From: Malacoraja senta
Lineage: Eukaryota
Direction: 5' to 3'
Length of the DNA: 64,000 nt
Assembly (NCBI GenBank): GCA_038087875.1
Contig: JAXLNO010000627.1
Coordinates: 310,001-374,000, forward strand
Below the pieces are notes generated by a model. That model was not told where the DNA came from. It saw only the letters and a program-made list of their open reading frames with translations, and searched no databases. A program made the translations under genes and the position numbers. How positions within the stretch are numbered: the stretch's first letter is position 1; every line of letters begins with the position of its first letter. Shown in pieces: positions 62,037 to 64,000 of the stretch.

Positions 62037-64000
62037 AATAATAATAATAATAGATTTTATTTATATAGCGCTTTTCAGGACTCAAAGTCGCTTTACAATT
62101 GAGAGTCAGGAATAAACAAAACAAAATAGAGCAGTAAGACAGAGGGGAGGGGAACATGGGACTAAGGGTATGCAGAGGTGAAGAGATGGGTCTTGAGGCG
62201 GGACTGGAAGATGGTGAGGGACTCAGAATTTCGGACCGGTTGTGGGAGGGAATTCCAGAGCCTGGGAGCTGCCCTGGAGAAGGCTCTGCCTCCAAAAGTG
62301 CAGAGGTTTGACTTCGGAGTGGAGAGACCAGCTGATGTGGATCTGAGGGACCGTGAGGGTTGGTAGGGGGAGAGGAGGTCAATGAGATAAGGGAGGTTGG
62401 TTGTTGAGGGCTTTGTTGGTGAGGAACAGGATTTTGTAGGTGATCCGGTGGGAAATGGGAAGCCAGTGAAGTTCTTTGAGAACTTGGGTGATGTGGTGCC
62501 AGGATTTGGTGTGGGTAATGAGTCGAGCGGCTGCATTCTGGACCGGTTGGAGACGGTTGATGCTGCTGGAATTGATTCCGAAAAGAAGAGAGTTACAGTA
62601 GTCCAGTCGGGAGGAGATGAAGGCATGGATGAGTCTTTCAGCAGCGGGGGGTGTGAGAGACGATCTGATTTTTGCAATGTTGCGGAGGTGAAAAAATGAT
62701 GTTTTGACAACATGGCGGATGTGAGGCTCAAGGGAGAGGGTTGAGTCAAGGATCACGCCACGGTTGCGTGCCTGAGGAGATGGGGAGACAGTGGTGCCGT
62801 CGATAGTGAGAGTGGGGTTGTTAAATTTTAGTGAGTGTTGATTTGGAGCCAATGAGGAGAAATTCTGTTTTGCTACTGTTTAATTTAAGGAAGTTGAGTT
62901 GCATCCAAGATTTGATGGCTGATAGGCAGGAGTTGATATGGGAGAGAGGGGGGTGATCGGGGGAAGTCCAGGTTGAAGTGACGGAGTATATGACCAAGGG
63001 GGAGGATGTAGATGATGAAGAGGAGGGGACCAAGAACGGAGCCTTGGGGAACGCCTTGAGTGACAGTGGCTGTGGCAGAGGTGTGGTTATGGAGAGAGAT
63101 GAAGTGGGATCGGTTGGAAAGGTAGGAACGGAGCCAGCTGAGTGCAGAACCTTTAATGCCAAGGTCCCTAAGTCTGGTGAGCAGGATGTTGTGGTTGACG
63201 GTATCGAAGGCTGCACTCAGGTCGAGGAGGATGAGGATATTGAGGGAGCCAGTGTCAGCAGAGGTAAGGAGGTCATTGAGGACTTTGAGGAGAGCAGTTT
63301 CTGTGCTATGGAGGGGGAGAAAGCCAGATTGGAGCGGTTCGAATAGGTTATACGCGAGGAGGTGGGAATGAAGTTGTGACGCGACGATGCGCTCCAAGGT
63401 TTTTTAAAGAAAGGGGAGGTTTGAGATGGGGTGGTAGTTAATGAGAGAGGAGGGATCAAGACCAGGATTCTTTAAGATTGGTGTGATAGCAGCAGTTTTG
63501 AAAGCAAAGGGGACAATTCCTTGGGACAATGAGGAGTTGAAAAGATTAGTGAGGTAGGGGCAGAGAGCAGGGAGGCAGGACTTCAGCAGCGGAGTGGGGA
63601 GAGGGTCAAGGGAGCAGATAGTGGGTTTGGAAGAGCTGATGAGTTTGGAGATTTCAGTAGTGGTGACCGGGTCAAACTGGGAGAGGAAGCAGTGAGGGGG
63701 AGGGGTATGGAGATCAGCGGAGGTGTTGAATGGAGGGGCCTTGGTAGGTGGTGGAGTAGATGCTGGGGAGTCGGGTACAGGGGATAGGGATTGATAGATG
63801 GTGCTAATTTTATCAGCAAAAAAGTGGTGGAATGAGTTGCAGAGATCCAGAGTGGAGGTAGGGAGAGTGATGGCTCGAGGCTTGAGGAGGTTGCAGACTG
63901 TGGAGAAGAGGGTTCTGTGGTTTAGGCAGGGGTCAGTGAATATGGAGGAGAGGTATGCAGATTTAGCAGCAATGAGGGCATCTTTGTAGGCAGTGAGGTG
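62037..64000 (-). mobile_element. L2 LINE (RT and 3' end), running off the window edge
   Basis: QSGF...HSTETAL, LLDLSAAFDTV, GVPQGSVLGPLLF, RNRGVILDS motifs; (TTA)n tail; internal deletion near the YADD region. Confidence 0.92.

Overview
Eukaryotic, repeat-rich genomic DNA, most likely from a cartilaginous fish (skate/ray-type V-SINEs, CR1, L2, L1/Tx1, RTE, Penelope and Helitron-like repeats; the species assignment is inference). Host genes I can support: (1) a four-exon, signal-peptide-bearing IZUMO-domain-like gene fragment on + (10345-14065), whose first exon sits at the centre of a ~2.6 kb inverted repeat that carries a second, antisense copy of exon 2 differing only by amino-acid-changing substitutions; (2) a complete two-exon GPR139/GPR142-like class A GPCR on - (exon 1 36556-36634, exon 2 23403-24301, 325 aa); (3) exon 1 of a divergently oriented paralogue on + (56791-56860). 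The two GPCR genes lie in a large inverted segmental duplication (~26470-41275 vs ~49983-62035). Each arm supplies empty sites for the other's insertions. One of these is a near-intact L1 ORF2 flanked by a 258-bp direct duplication. Both arms also carry an intronic array of phased CCAAT boxes next to a CHR-like motif. Most remaining ORFs in the track are transposon remnants or low-complexity artefacts. All percent-identity impressions are by eye, and repeat family names are unverified by database search.
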